Below are positions 1 to 11,544 of a DNA stretch of 59,124 bases, one piece after another (within the stretch, counting starts at the first letter, position 1; the number at the start of each line of letters is the position of its first letter). The stretch is from Octopus bimaculoides (taxonomy: Eukaryota), in contig NC_068988.1 of the NCBI RefSeq assembly GCF_001194135.2, positions 15,065,488 to 15,124,611 of the forward strand. The letters are read 5' to 3'. Below the pieces are notes generated by a model. That model was not told the DNA's origin and made no database searches. It saw only the letters and a program-made list of their open reading frames with translations. Made by a program: the position numbers and the translations under genes.

Positions 1-1395
1 GAGGAGGATGACTGAAGAACTTAGTCATAGAGGCCTTAGCATCAATAGTTCCAAATAAGAGCTCTGGCTCCTCAACCATCCAGCTTCACAATCCTTCCCC
101 CTCTATCACAGATAGATTACAGGTCCCCCCCCCCCACCTCGATCACAATTCCTCCTTCATCAGCATGGTGTTCTCATGGAGCTCCAGTTACTGAACAAGC
201 TTTCGAGTGCATCTTTCAATCTCAGATGGCTAACCTTGAGCAACTTTTAAAAACCTTGAGGTAATTGAACCCCACCAAGGTATTTTGATACTTAGGAATT
301 ACTTGTCAATTCCTAAGTTATTGTATTTTTTTTAGAGTTAGTCCCTCTTACAGATTCTTGTAGTCTCTCCATTGTTTCAACAACCTCAAATGCTTGATCA
401 ATGTCAACCTCTCTCCAGAGTCCTGTGACCAAGCTGCATCGCCAAGCGGTTTGGGGGTCTGGGTTTGCATAAGGGCTCATCTCTCTCTTCCGTTTTCATT
501 CCTCCATCCACACTTTGGTAGGCAACATCCTCTCCTTTTCAACATGGACTGGTTCCAACAGGGAGATGGATGAAGCTCTGTTACAGTGGAGAGAGCTGGG
601 TTAATCAGTTCCTGACACAGCTGAGGATAGACAGAAGCAGAGTATGGGACAAACTGTACTTAGGCACCGTTTTTTCAATTCTCTCTTTGATCAACCTGAT
701 CAATTTTCAAGGTGTTGCCTACTTTCTGCAGATGCAAAATTCTCAGGGAACTGGATTGATGCCCTGCCTGTGACCAACATTGGAAGTCTACTCAGTCTAA
801 ATGAACTCCGCATCTCCTTTGCAATCAGAGTAGGAGCTGAGGTCTGGTGGGGGACTGAGATGTCACCGTGGTAGGCCTTAATAGTGTGTCTTTCCACCTA
901 AATGCTGGTCATTTTGCTCATCACATTGAGCTAAACTTAATCATAAAGCAGGCCCTAGCTCAGGTTAATATCCTCTCAGTTCTGGATCCAACAGGCTTAT
1001 CAAGAAGTAATGGGAAGAGACCAGATGGTCTTACCCTTTATCCCTGGGTAAGAGGTAGATGTTTCATCTGGGACACCTCAGTCGGTGACTGTTTTGCTCT
1101 CTCCCACATCCTGGATGTTGCGGTAAATGGGAGGTTCACATCTCTCGTAGCCGAACAGAAAAAAATCTTTAAATATCAGGACCTGGTAGTGAACCATTTC
1201 TTCTGGCCTGTGGCACCTGAGACGTTTAGAGGGGCTGGGCCGCTAACGGCGAAGTTCTTGTCATCGTTGCCGGCTCGCTTTACCCAGGTGTCAGGTGACA
1301 TTCGTGAGGGTACTTGGCTGTTCCAACGCCTTAGCCTCACCACCGCCCGCGGTAATGCCGCGAGCGTGTTGGCTTGCTTCAGTAGGTTCCGTTGA
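1..1395 (+). mobile_element. Degenerate CRE-clade-like non-LTR retrotransposon (RT C-terminus plus restriction-like endonuclease), frameshifted
   Basis: Fragments translate to NYLSIPKLLY, GGLG and SGNWIDALP...LRISFAIRVGA. ORF 868-1395 has RPDGLTLYPW..G..IWD, AEQKKIFKY and LFQRLSL..RGNAASV, the RLE-domain ending typical of CRE-type elements. Confidence 0.8.
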
Positions 1396-2139
1396 ACGTT
1401 GTGGTGTGCGACCAATTGAGGAACTTGTGATGAATTGATGGTTTTTTTTCTTCTTGTTCTTTGTCCCCCTTTTCCTTTTTCTCTCTCCCTGTTTTGGATT
1501 TGTTATGTTTCATGTGGTTTTGTATATATATATACGTATCATTTTTACATAAGTGTTACATTCCAATTAATCAAGATAGTTTTTTTCGGTGAAAAATAAA
1601 TAAAATAATAAAAAGTAATTTCCGCACAATTTTGAAATAGATTTGATTACAATATTTGGGATCGAGTTAGAAAAATGATTGACTTGATATAAAAATAACT
1701 TCGATAAGCATTGAAAACTAATAGCGAATTCTTAAACTACGTTTCCATTTAAAAGTGTTACTAGCTACGGAGTTTGAATAATGATATCTATTATAAGATA
1801 TTCCCTTTTCGATCATTTCGGATCGAAATAGATTTTTAGATTTAAACGTTTACGATCGAACCATGAATGATCGTTATTGTTATTATTATAATTATTAAAA
1901 TCTGCTCATAATATCTTTTAACGTGTTTACCATTATATTGATCATAATGTAAAGATCTTTAAAATATATTCATATCTTTTAATGTGTTTACCTTTATAGT
2001 TTTCATAACCTATTTTATTATCCTTTACATAACTAGGAAAGAAAAGAAAAAGAAACGTTGACGGGTTAAAGTGATGGTAATTATAAAGATTGTGTGTCCA
2101 CAAAATAACGTTATTTGTGTTATTCAATTGACAACTTAC

Positions 2140-2193
2140 CACTAAAGAACAATCTCGCTTGTAGTGTGAACAGTCAAGTGCAACGCTAGCCAT
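2140..2193 (-). CDS. RCHY1: Putative first coding exon of a RING/CHY zinc-finger protein (RCHY1/Pirh2-like); the rest of the gene lies left of the window
   Basis: CAAGATGGCT start context. Encodes MASVALDCSHYKRDCSLV, matching the CHY N-terminal C-x-H-Y-x-R-x-C-x-L-x motif. Followed directly by a GTAAGT donor in phase 0 (minus strand, 2139-2134). Confidence 0.65.
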
Positions 2194-4004
2194 CTTGACA
2201 ATAACAGACCATGGAGAAAAAACACCTGATAATAAAAAGTTGAGATTTACATTTAAATAAAAAAAAAATTTAATCAATTAAAAAATTTTTTGAGGTATGG
2301 ATTTAACTATTATGATTAATAATTCTTTTTTAAAAGAAGTATTCTATTTTTAAATATTTATTTATTGCAAAGTAAAAAAAAAAAATTTGTCCGTAACACA
2401 AAACCATATGATGTCATTTCCTGTCAATACTTCTTTTCTTTAACTCTTGTCATGTATCTCTTTTGTAATTGTTGAATAACTCGGTCGTTGAACTCACAAC
2501 TACAAAGACATGGGTGTGATTCTTGGTTCAGGTCATGCGTCGTGTCCTTGAGCAAGAATGAAAATAAATACCGATAGCAGCGGACACATCCAGCAGGAAA
2601 TGGTCTGTATACCTCGGAACCATTCGAGATACGCTCTAGCGGAATCATCCTGTATGTTCGGGAGATGCTTTGACTTAATTTAGTGTGTTTGTGTTATATC
2701 CCAGGGACCAGTAGGCAGAAGACTATTAAGATGGATACAGAGACATAGAGATTACTTGAAGGTGACTGTAAATCAGAAAGTAATCCGTGTGGGGTAGCAC
2801 GAACTGGAGCTTGACAAAACCTTGCTGAATCGTCTAAGACAATGTAACAGATTGTCGAAAAATCATGACTGACAATTTCCCTAGATGCCTCCCAAAGATT
2901 GATTATGTGAAATCGACTGTGCTGAGAAGTTTGCTTCCCAACAACATTGTTCCGAGTTCAGTCCTACTATGTGACACCTTGGGTGTCTTCTGCTATAATC
3001 TTCGTGCCGACCAAAGCTTTGCGAATGGATTTGGTCGATGGAAACTGAACGAAACCCGTGTATGTATGTATGTATATATTATCGAGAATGTAGAGTATTA
3101 CATATCCATCACGGCTTATTTTACCAATCGGTTTCGCGCAAGGAATACAATGGAGTGTTAGGTAACAATACGATTATATAACCTTACGCTCATCAGAGTT
3201 AACTGATGTGGAAGGGAATATGGCGACTGTACTCTGTTGTGAGAAGTGGATTAACACAACCGATCTGCGACTGCTGTGAAAAAGATGAAACTGAAAAGGG
3301 CCAGGGGGATTAGGTTAAGAGTTATGTCCCTTCGTTAGGTATTCTGTGAAGCCTGTAAGAGTTATCTTGAAGTGCTTGTGGGGAAAGTGTGTATTATTAA
3401 GAGTGGTGCTCCTGTGGGGATGGGGTTTGTGATATACGTAGCGGTGTCATATGCATCATTTTTTATGGGGGTGTAGGAATATATAGTTGTGTTCATTGGT
3501 CTGTTTTCTTTAAGGTCGCGGGGGGGGGGGCTTTACGTTAGCATGCTGTGTGTGGGGAGTACAATGTGTATGAAGGCGTATATGTTGGGGATGGTGGGAG
3601 ACAGTTTACTTTGTTAGGTGTCCACCTTATAGGGGTGTGTGTGTAAATGACTTCAAGAATGTGATTCAAATGAAAAGGCTATTGAACTTTCTTCTAATCT
3701 TAATTCTATCATCTATGTATCTATATCTTATTTTATCTCTTATTTTCAGAATTAATTATAAAGACAAGTAAGATCTTTAAAATTAGAGAGGTGAAGACCT
3801 TCATTCACAACGGTCAAGGACCTGGTTTAGATTTGACACCAGCATCCCAAAGACTGAACTTTGATGAGTGCATGTGTATGTGGCTGAACTGGTGTATATG
3901 TATATGAGTATGTATACACAGACACACACTTACTGCATGTATGAGGCTGAAAAGTTCATAGGCTAACCAAGATATCCTCATTGAATGTGACCAAATGAGG
4001 TTTA

Positions 4005-4264
4005 TGTGGTATGACGTCAGCGACTAGGGAGCTGACCGCTGACTGGAAGAGGAAGCCTCGATTGGGATTTCGTACCCTTCTCGAGGGGGGTTGTTGCGAT
4101 ACGAAGACGTGCGAGGTAATCGTCCAGGTAAGGGAGAGGCAGCTGCTATTTCTAGCGTTCTTCGGGTCGGGCCAGGCACGAGGACAGGATACCACAGGAC
4201 AGACTCGTGCGGTGGAAGGAAGATGAGGTAAGCCGTTTACTACTAATCACTCGCATACACCACA
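4005..4264. mobile_element. Solo LTR inserted in the mariner remnant
   Basis: TGTGGT...ACCACA termini and a 5-bp target duplication GTTTA (4000-4004 and 4265-4269). GC-rich interior. Mariner sequence rejoins across it. Confidence 0.8.
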
Positions 4265-4441
4265 GTTTATCTTTCAACATAGTCCTCCTTGCAGTCCACA
4301 CATTTCTTCCTTTGGTATTGCAGTGCTTGGATCTCGTTGGTCAAAAAACTCATCAACAGCAGATATGACGTCATCATCACTGTGGTACTGGTTCCCAGTC
4401 AAGTGTTTTTTCATGTTGGGGAACAGGTGATAGTCAGATGG

Positions 4442-4692
4442 GGTAATCTTCAAGTTTAGGGGATAAAAAAATAAATAAAAATATTCAAGGGAAATAACTG
4501 AACGACTTACCAGTATTATCCGTTTTCTTCTAGCTGTTTATAAATAAATCACACCCTAACCCTAACGTCAATCAAATCACGTGTGTGATTTATTTATAAA
4601 CAGAGATGTACGGAGAATACTGGTAAGACGTTCAGTTACTTCCCTTGAATATTTTTATTTATTTTTTTATGCCCCTAAACTTGAAGATTACC
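4442..4692. mobile_element. Palindromic MITE with GGTAAT termini, 9-bp TSD and CCCTAA-type core
   Basis: Long inverted arms (GGTAATCTTCAAGTTTAGGGG.../...CCCCTAAACTTGAAGATTACC). TSD GTCAGATGG at 4433-4441 and 4693-4701. Central CCCTAACCCTAAC. Confidence 0.85.
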
Positions 4693-5818
4693 GTCAGATG
4701 GTACCCAATCAGGAGACTAGTGAGGATAATCACTACTCCAAAGCCACAGTCATGAACAACAGCCATCAGAACCACAGACTTGTGTGCTGGAACTTTGTTC
4801 TGATGAAACAAGCCCCCTTTTTTGCCAGTTTCCTTGACAGTCTGGTATCGATAGCCTTTTGTGACAGCCTCAACAAATTGGCATAGTACTCTCCATTGAT
4901 GGTATGGCCCTTTTGAATATAGTCAATAAACAATGCCTTTTGCATCCAAAAAATCTGAGACTATCACCTTCTCTGCAGATGAAATTGCCTTGGCCTTCTT
5001 TGCGGCAGATGAGGAGTATTTCCACTGCATGGATTGTCTCTTTCTCTCTGGCTCAAAGTGATGATGCCAACACTCATCTTGGGTTAGGAAACCAGCTGCA
5101 TCTGCCTCAAACAAGGTGAGATTTTCTTGTGATACACAATTTTCTCAAAAACGCCAAGAGTAAATGATATTTTATGTGACACATTCAACCAGTATACGAA
5201 TTTTGAAAGTGTTCAGTTACGAAAAATTATTTTTTAAATGTGCCGGCCAAAAGGTAAAGATCCCCAGTTTTATGTATACACAAGCATAACGCATTCGTTA
5301 AAAATGCCGGCAGTTTTATTATGATAGTAAATGGCACATCAACTTCTTGTTACAGCACCTCAACCACCGTGTACCTTGAATACGAACTGGTATTTTATCA
5401 TACTTGTGTCTGGACATTCTTCTAAACTTCGTTATAGACTCTTTTCTGTGCTCTGTACTTATCGCACACGCATACATCCATGTTTGTATACACATACACT
5501 TTGTTTACATGACGGCCTGTCTATTATTGTTTATATGTCTCTGTTTTGGGGGAAAATTTTCTTTGTTTTGTTATTTCTCGTTTACTCATTTTTCATGTAA
5601 CCCCACACTATCACCTCGTACCATCCTCAATTTTTTTTGTCAACCTTTTGTGGTTAATAAAGAATATCATTACTATTATTTTGCCTCCGAGACCACTTTG
5701 CTTTCATCCTTTCGAGGTCCATAAAGCAAATATCCACTGAGCACTAAAGTCGATATGTAATTGACTAACCCCTATCCCACAAAATTTCAGGCCTTGTACC
5801 TGTAGTAGAAAAAATTAT

Positions 5819-5927
5819 GGTAATTTTTCAGATTAACACCCGCACGATTACCTAAACCTAACCCTAATCCTAACACTGACCCTAACACCCTAGTGAAAAT
5901 CGTGCGGTGTTAATCTGAAAAATTACC
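5819..5927. mobile_element. Palindromic MITE with GGTAAT termini, 8-bp TSD and telomere-like core, inserted in a SINE tail
   Basis: GGTAATTTTTCAGATTAACACC.../...GGTGTTAATCTGAAAAATTACC. AAAATTAT on both sides. Core CCTAAACCTAACCCTAATCCTAAC. Confidence 0.8.
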
Positions 5928-6216
5928 AAAATTATTGTCACCACCTAAAATCAACGGCATTCATACCTGGAGAAAGGGGGGGGGGGCTTCACAAAGTTTA
6001 AAATGTCCAACACGATATTAGTCGTGGCAACGCCCTCGCATGTATGTATGTATGTGCCTATGTTTATGTTTCCCGTTAATATTGCTTTATTAATCATGAT
6101 GTAAGCGACCTTGATTCACAAGCAACGTGACATCTGAAATGACTGAGCGTGAGAGTTTACCGTTGTTGATTTTATTCTCTGAAGGTGTCTCTTTAAAAAG
6201 GTATATATATATATAT

Positions 6217-6741
6217 TGTGGGTTATGAGCCAGGCTTGGTTAACAAAAATTTAACTTTCATATAAAATTTACTGGTTTTTAGTTGATCTATTATACTTGC
6301 TGTTGATCCATGGCGAAGTAATTCACGAACAGTGCAGTGTTGTAACCAAGGTGAATTGCTTGTTGAGTTGTGTACGTAGAGAGATGTTTGGAGATGGAGG
6401 TCGCCGAATGCTGTTGGACGAAGTTGGTGAGTCTCCATGTGGCTGCTGTTGTGCTGTCGCTGGAACTGGCGGTGTCTTGTGTGGTCAGTGGCCAGACCTT
6501 AAAAGGTCAGAAACCAAAGACCTGGTGACCAGGAAAAGTTAGGTTTTTTATAAGGAGTCGTAGGCTCAGCTGAGGTAGGAAACAGGCTGTCACACGTCAC
6601 CTTATTTGAAGGCTGCACTTGGTTGGGTTGCATATTGGTGTGCGATAGAGCAAGTGACAATTTGTGCCAATACCAACCAATCAGAGTAGTGGACACAACA
6701 GGGTCCAAAATGCGACCAAAGGCTAGTTGTTATCTACTACG
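6217..6741 (-). mobile_element. LTR-like segment (possible solo LTR)
   Basis: GC-richer island starting TGTGGG and ending ACTACG. Minus strand has an ATTGG (reverse CCAAT) box and TATAAAAA. No TSD found. Confidence 0.35.
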
Positions 6742-8275
6742 TTTGTATGTATGTATATATAATAGAGAGAAGAATTTCACTCGAGTGTATGCTACAACCT
6801 TAACCCTAGACACTGGGTGTGCGTATTCTTTACTTTTGCCTGTCAGTGCTAGGGTTTTTCACAGTGATTTAAAAAAAAAAAAAAAAGAGAGTAAATATGT
6901 TTTTTCTCACACGCATGGCCTCATTTGGTTCGGGGCGTACAGGTGGGGGATTCTTAATTTAAATTACAATTTTTTTTGTATGCTTATATCCTAGCAATGG
7001 ACTATGCATGTGTTATTTAATCAAACCATAAAATGTGTTTATTAGGTAAAAAAAATATTGAAAATCATCAGTACATGTGAGTGACAAAGAAACAAAGGTG
7101 GTCATGCGATGTGCTAGAAACAACAGCCAAATGTCCCACAAAAAAAATTTGGATCCCACTTCCCATCACAATTTTTCCAAGCCCTATGTTGGGAATCACT
7201 GTTTCTACATGCAGTCTAGGATATTTGGTGAAGTGGGTGGCGACAGTACTCCATTATGCACTTTACCTATATTTTGTCGAGGCTCAGTAATTGATGAGAC
7301 ATGAAATATTTCCTGGCTCTGTAGAGAAGGGCCAATTTTTGAGATGTAACCCTAATTGTTAACCCTTTTGAGATACAGCGTTTTGGTATGTGCAGCCAAA
7401 AAGACCCAATTTTTTTTTCATGTTATGATTGAAATTGATGGGTGCATGTAGAAAACAAAGGATAAAGTACCTAAAACTATTTTATTAATATGTAAAACTA
7501 TATATTTAACAATATATGACAGCCAGCACTTGTGTTAGGGGAAACATGGTTCATGAAGGCAGGAAATATATGCAATGGGAGCGCCTTCTTTTGGTGGCAC
7601 TTCAAAATCAACCATTCACAATCGTTGTTTCATAGGGTTGATGGATCGGCCTCAAAGTCCTTTCAGATTGTATCACTTGGGTCGATCAATCTGCCTGGGT
7701 GTCCCAAGAGGGTTAAAGATATATGTGAATACACGTCCTTAGTGACAATAAGGCCTAGCATCCACAGTGATCGTGGGGGGAACACACATCCTTAGTGATA
7801 ATAAGGTCTAGCATCCAGAGTGACCGTGGGGCTCTAGATATTGCATGGCATGCGAAGCTGAAAATGGCTTCCATTTAAGCAATGTCATTTTTCATATGTA
7901 ATGTAATGGTGTTGCAAAATTTGACTTGTGCATATTAATTTCCATTATGTCCTTTATATTGTATCAAAATTTCATGCATTTATTTGTAAAGTTAAGGAAG
8001 TTTTTAAAAACTGAAACCCATCAGTGACTTGTGGGACGCCCTGTATATCCTCTGAAGGTTTAAGTCTTCAGAGATTTAAATTTTTGCACTAGTTTCAACA
8101 CCTTTAAGTCTTGCTGAATTAAAGGTACTTTTTTTTTCAAATAATGAAGCATTAAAATTTAATTTACGTTTGATAGAATAAGTAATCCAACTCCATTTTA
8201 TCTAATTTAACCTCTTTATTATTTTTAATTATTTTGGTTCACTGTCAGAATATCCCTAATATCTTACAATTGCTA

Positions 8276-8286
8276 TATATTTCAGG
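8276..8286 (+). other. Splice acceptor of the ZNF-1 coding exon (exon starts 8286)
   Basis: TATATTTCAG|GGTGTCTGATGATATT, paralogous to acceptors ending at 16860, 28917, 38133, 46032 and 54912. Confidence 0.75.
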
Positions 8287-8604
8287 GTGTCTGATGATAT
8301 TGAACCCACAGACTAAAGATTGAAGACTGGCATTACCAAGGACTCTGAGAATCTTGTTTATACAACTTAAGTTCTACCACTGAAATATTTCCTTTGAATT
8401 GCAAGTAATATTTGATAATGAATGCACACATGTAACTTTTAAATGGTCCCTGTGATGGTGTAACATCAAAATTTACTGAGATTTTCCTTTTGTCTTAAAG
8501 ACTTTGAAGAAAGTATATCTTTTTCATTGAAAATATTTAAAGAAATATTTACCTGATGCAAATTCCAGGAGCATTTTTTTTTAATTTTGTGAAGAAAATT
8601 TGTT

Positions 8605-9688
8605 ATGGAGGAGAAACTGAGTGAGAGTCAAGTTCATAATAATAATAATAATAATAATAATGGTGTTTCACATCAAACAAAGTAGACACCATACATGTGT
8701 GACATCTGTGGGGAGTCTTTTAAAATGCAAAAATGTTTAATTCAACATCAGTCTTTGCACACAGACTCTGAACTCTATGACTGATATTTGTGGCAAAAAG
8801 TTCTCCACAGATGAAAATTTATCGAACCACAAACATATTCACACAGAAATGAAACCATATTGCTGTGATATTTGTGGGAAGGTACTCTCTGAAAAAAATG
8901 GTTCATCTAACCACAAATGTATTCACACAGAAGAAAAACCGTACCGTTGTGATATTTGTGGTAAAAAATTCCTGAAAAATACTGCTTTGTTGAACCATAT
9001 ACGAATTCACACAGGAGGGAAACCATACGACTGCAGCATTTGTGGGAAAGCATTTTCTCAACATAGTAACTTGTTGAACCATAGAAGAATTCACACTGGT
9101 GAGAAACCACATTGTTGTGATATTTGTGGTAAATCATTCTCTCAAAACAGCAATCTGTTGGTTCATCGCCGTATTCACACAGGAGAAAAACCATTCCACT
9201 GTGATATATGTGGTAAAGCATTTTCTCAGAATGGTAATTTATTAATCCACAGGAAAACTCATGGAGGAGAGAAGCAATATCATTGTGAAATATGTGGTAA
9301 AACATTCTTTGTTAATTCTTCTTTAACTAGACACATACGAATTCACATAGGTGAAAAGCCGTACTCCTGTGATATCTGTGGAAAAACATTCACTGCTTCT
9401 AGTTCATTATCAATGCATAAACTTAACCATACAGGCAATAAGCCATACCACTGTGACATTTGTGATAAAGCTTTCCTTAACAATAACGCTTTGTTGAACC
9501 ACAAAAGAAGTCACACAGGTGAGAAACCATACCAGTGTGACATTTGCAAGAAATCATTCTCTCAGAATAGTAATTTATCGACACACAAACGTATTCACAC
9601 AGGTGAGAAACCGTATCAGTGTGATATCTGTGGTAAATCATTCTCTCAAAATATCAATTTAGTAAACCATAGATGTATTCATGTTTGA
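8605..9688 (+). pseudogene. ZNF-1: disrupted C2H2 zinc-finger paralog; residual open frame 8777-9688 with 10 intact fingers
   Basis: Paralogous ATG at 8605 (MEEKLSESQVHN8GVSHQTK*). In-frame TAG at 8683-8685 where paralogs have AAG. A 2-nt deletion near 8781 (GACTGATATT versus GATTGTGATATT). Downstream frame has CxxC..HxxxH repeats with TGEKP linkers. Confidence 0.8.
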
Positions 9689-10177
9689 CAAAAGAGTTAT
9701 TTAGTCCTGTAAAGTTAATTGTACAGAAGGAAAAAAAAAAAATACCCATAGCACTGAGATATATGTGTGGTAAAAATTAATGAGGTACTTATGGTACAAT
9801 TGAAAACTATATTCATAACATACTAATGATGTAATTGGAGCCATGGACTCAGCTTGCAATTTATTTAATTAAAGAGCAGCAGAATCAGTAGCAGTATTAA
9901 GTCTGGTAATGTCAACCTGTACCTACATTCCTGTGAAAAACTATACCACCAAAGCTGTCTTTTAAACAAACATTTTAGGTGATAGTGTCTTACACACTGA
10001 TTTAAACTATTCATGTTATGTATTGAATATTCCTTACAGCTGTAAAAGTAAGAATCACACGAACTAACCTAAACGGACTTTTCCAAGCATGCATTATTTA
10101 TTGTCATATTTGGGGACGGTCGTCTTTTGCTAATTCAACACATGCACTATATATTTGATTTTCTCTTTAGCTTTAGG

Positions 10178-10380
10178 CAGAATTCTTTTATCACACATTC
10201 TGTGACCTCTTTAGCAGCTTTCTGTCCCTTGTGTCTCCTTTTGTCCTGTCTCTTCCATTCTGTCGCCTCTTATCCTGTCCATTTCATTTTATCTTTCAAA
10301 ATGGAATAGACAAGGCAAAAGGAGACATGTGGGACAGAAAGTCAGTGAAAAGGTTACAGAAGATGTGACAAAAGAACTCT
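10178..10380. repeat. Imperfect fold-back element (~70-bp arms)
   Basis: AGAATTCTTTTATCAC...CTTTTGTCCTGTCT versus AGACAAGGCAAAAGGAGAC...GTGACAAAAGAACTCT. Confidence 0.65.
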
Positions 10381-10439
10381 GACAAATAAACTAATACAAG
10401 TCCAAGTTCAGAAATTCACCATTCAAAATAGTTACAGCC

Positions 10440-10695
10440 TAAAGGGAGATAATTGAGAAAAATTTGAAAGTTAATGCTTGTAATCATGTAAAGTAAATAT
10501 AACAAAAAATAATCCAGAATCTTTGTCCGGTACGAGATTGATCTCAAAATCTAATCAGTTCATGCCAGTCATGAGGCCAAACATCCTGGAAAGTTTCATC
10601 TGAATCCATCCTGCGGTTCTTGAGATATTTTGTCCATGGACAAACAAACAAACACGACTGAAAACAATGCCTTCACTAAGGCGAAGGTAATAATA
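10440..10695 (+). mobile_element. Non-autonomous Helitron/Helentron-like element 3' end
   Basis: ACAAACAAACA microsatellite, then GAAAAC and a terminal hairpin CCTTC-ACTAAGGC-GAAGG-TAAT. Confidence 0.5.
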
Positions 10696-11000
10696 ATAAT
10701 TTATTCTTTATTAGCCACAAGAGCTTACACAAGACAACATGAAGTGACAAAGCAGGACGATACAATGGGTTTTAAAACGTGTAAACAGTGTAAAAAGCTG
10801 CCCAAGCTTCATGTCTATTTTGGCATGGTTTCTGTGGCTGTATGCCCTTCCTAATGCCAACCACTTTACAGAGTGTACTGTGTGCTTTTTATGTGGCACT
10901 TGCAAGACAAGGATCTCTTGGCTGAAAGAGAGTTGGAGTTGGGAGCATGACCATAAAGGACATACCTGTATGGATGGATGGCCATGGTTTTACTTACATT

Positions 11001-11213
11001 CTTTTCTACTCTAGGCACAAGGCCCGACATTTTGGCAGAGGGGGCCAGTTGATTAGATCAACACCAGTATGCAACTGGTACTTAATTTATCAACCCCGAT
11101 AGGATAAAAGGCAAAGTCAACCTCGGCGGAATTTGAACTCGGAACGTAAAGACATGAAACACTGTTAAGCATTTCGCCCAGCTTGCTAACGTTTCTGCCA
11201 GCTCACTGCCTTA
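11001..11213 (-). mobile_element. tRNA-derived SINE (family A) nested in another repeat
   Basis: Reverse complement of the 15118 SINE. 12-bp TSD TTTACTTACATT at 10989-11000 and 11214-11225. Confidence 0.8.
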
Positions 11214-11544
11214 TTTACTTACATTGACCTGACACAATTTTACTTACATTGATGTGTCTTCTCAAGCATAGCAAATCACTAGAAGTCTCAGTCCCTTGTC
11301 ATCTCAACGAACGTTAATTAATGATGATGATAAACTATTGTTTTTATATGATTTCCATTATTTTGAATAACTAACTATCCCTTTGTTTAGACCAGACAAG
11401 GTCTCCACACTACAGATGGAAAAAGTGAAAAATAAAGAAATATATATATACACCTATATAAATTACATTTTGTTGTAATCTCTACAGTAATTTGTTATTT
11501 TCTACAGTTCTCTACAAGCCAATATTTATATAATTGCAAATGTA

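Larger units (their letters stand above)
3942..5125 (-). mobile_element. Mariner transposase remnant (3' half) interrupted by two insertions
   Basis: Minus strand gives DECWHHHFEPERKRQSMQWK...AKKAK..SAEKV, LFHQNKVPAHKS and SDYHLFPNMKKHLTGNQYHSDDDVISAV. A terminal repeat-like TGAGGCTGAAAAGTTCATAGGC follows TA at 3940. Confidence 0.85.

Noticed and set aside
7728-7830. 53-bp-period direct duplication
   Set aside because: A simple local tandem duplication with no sign of function.
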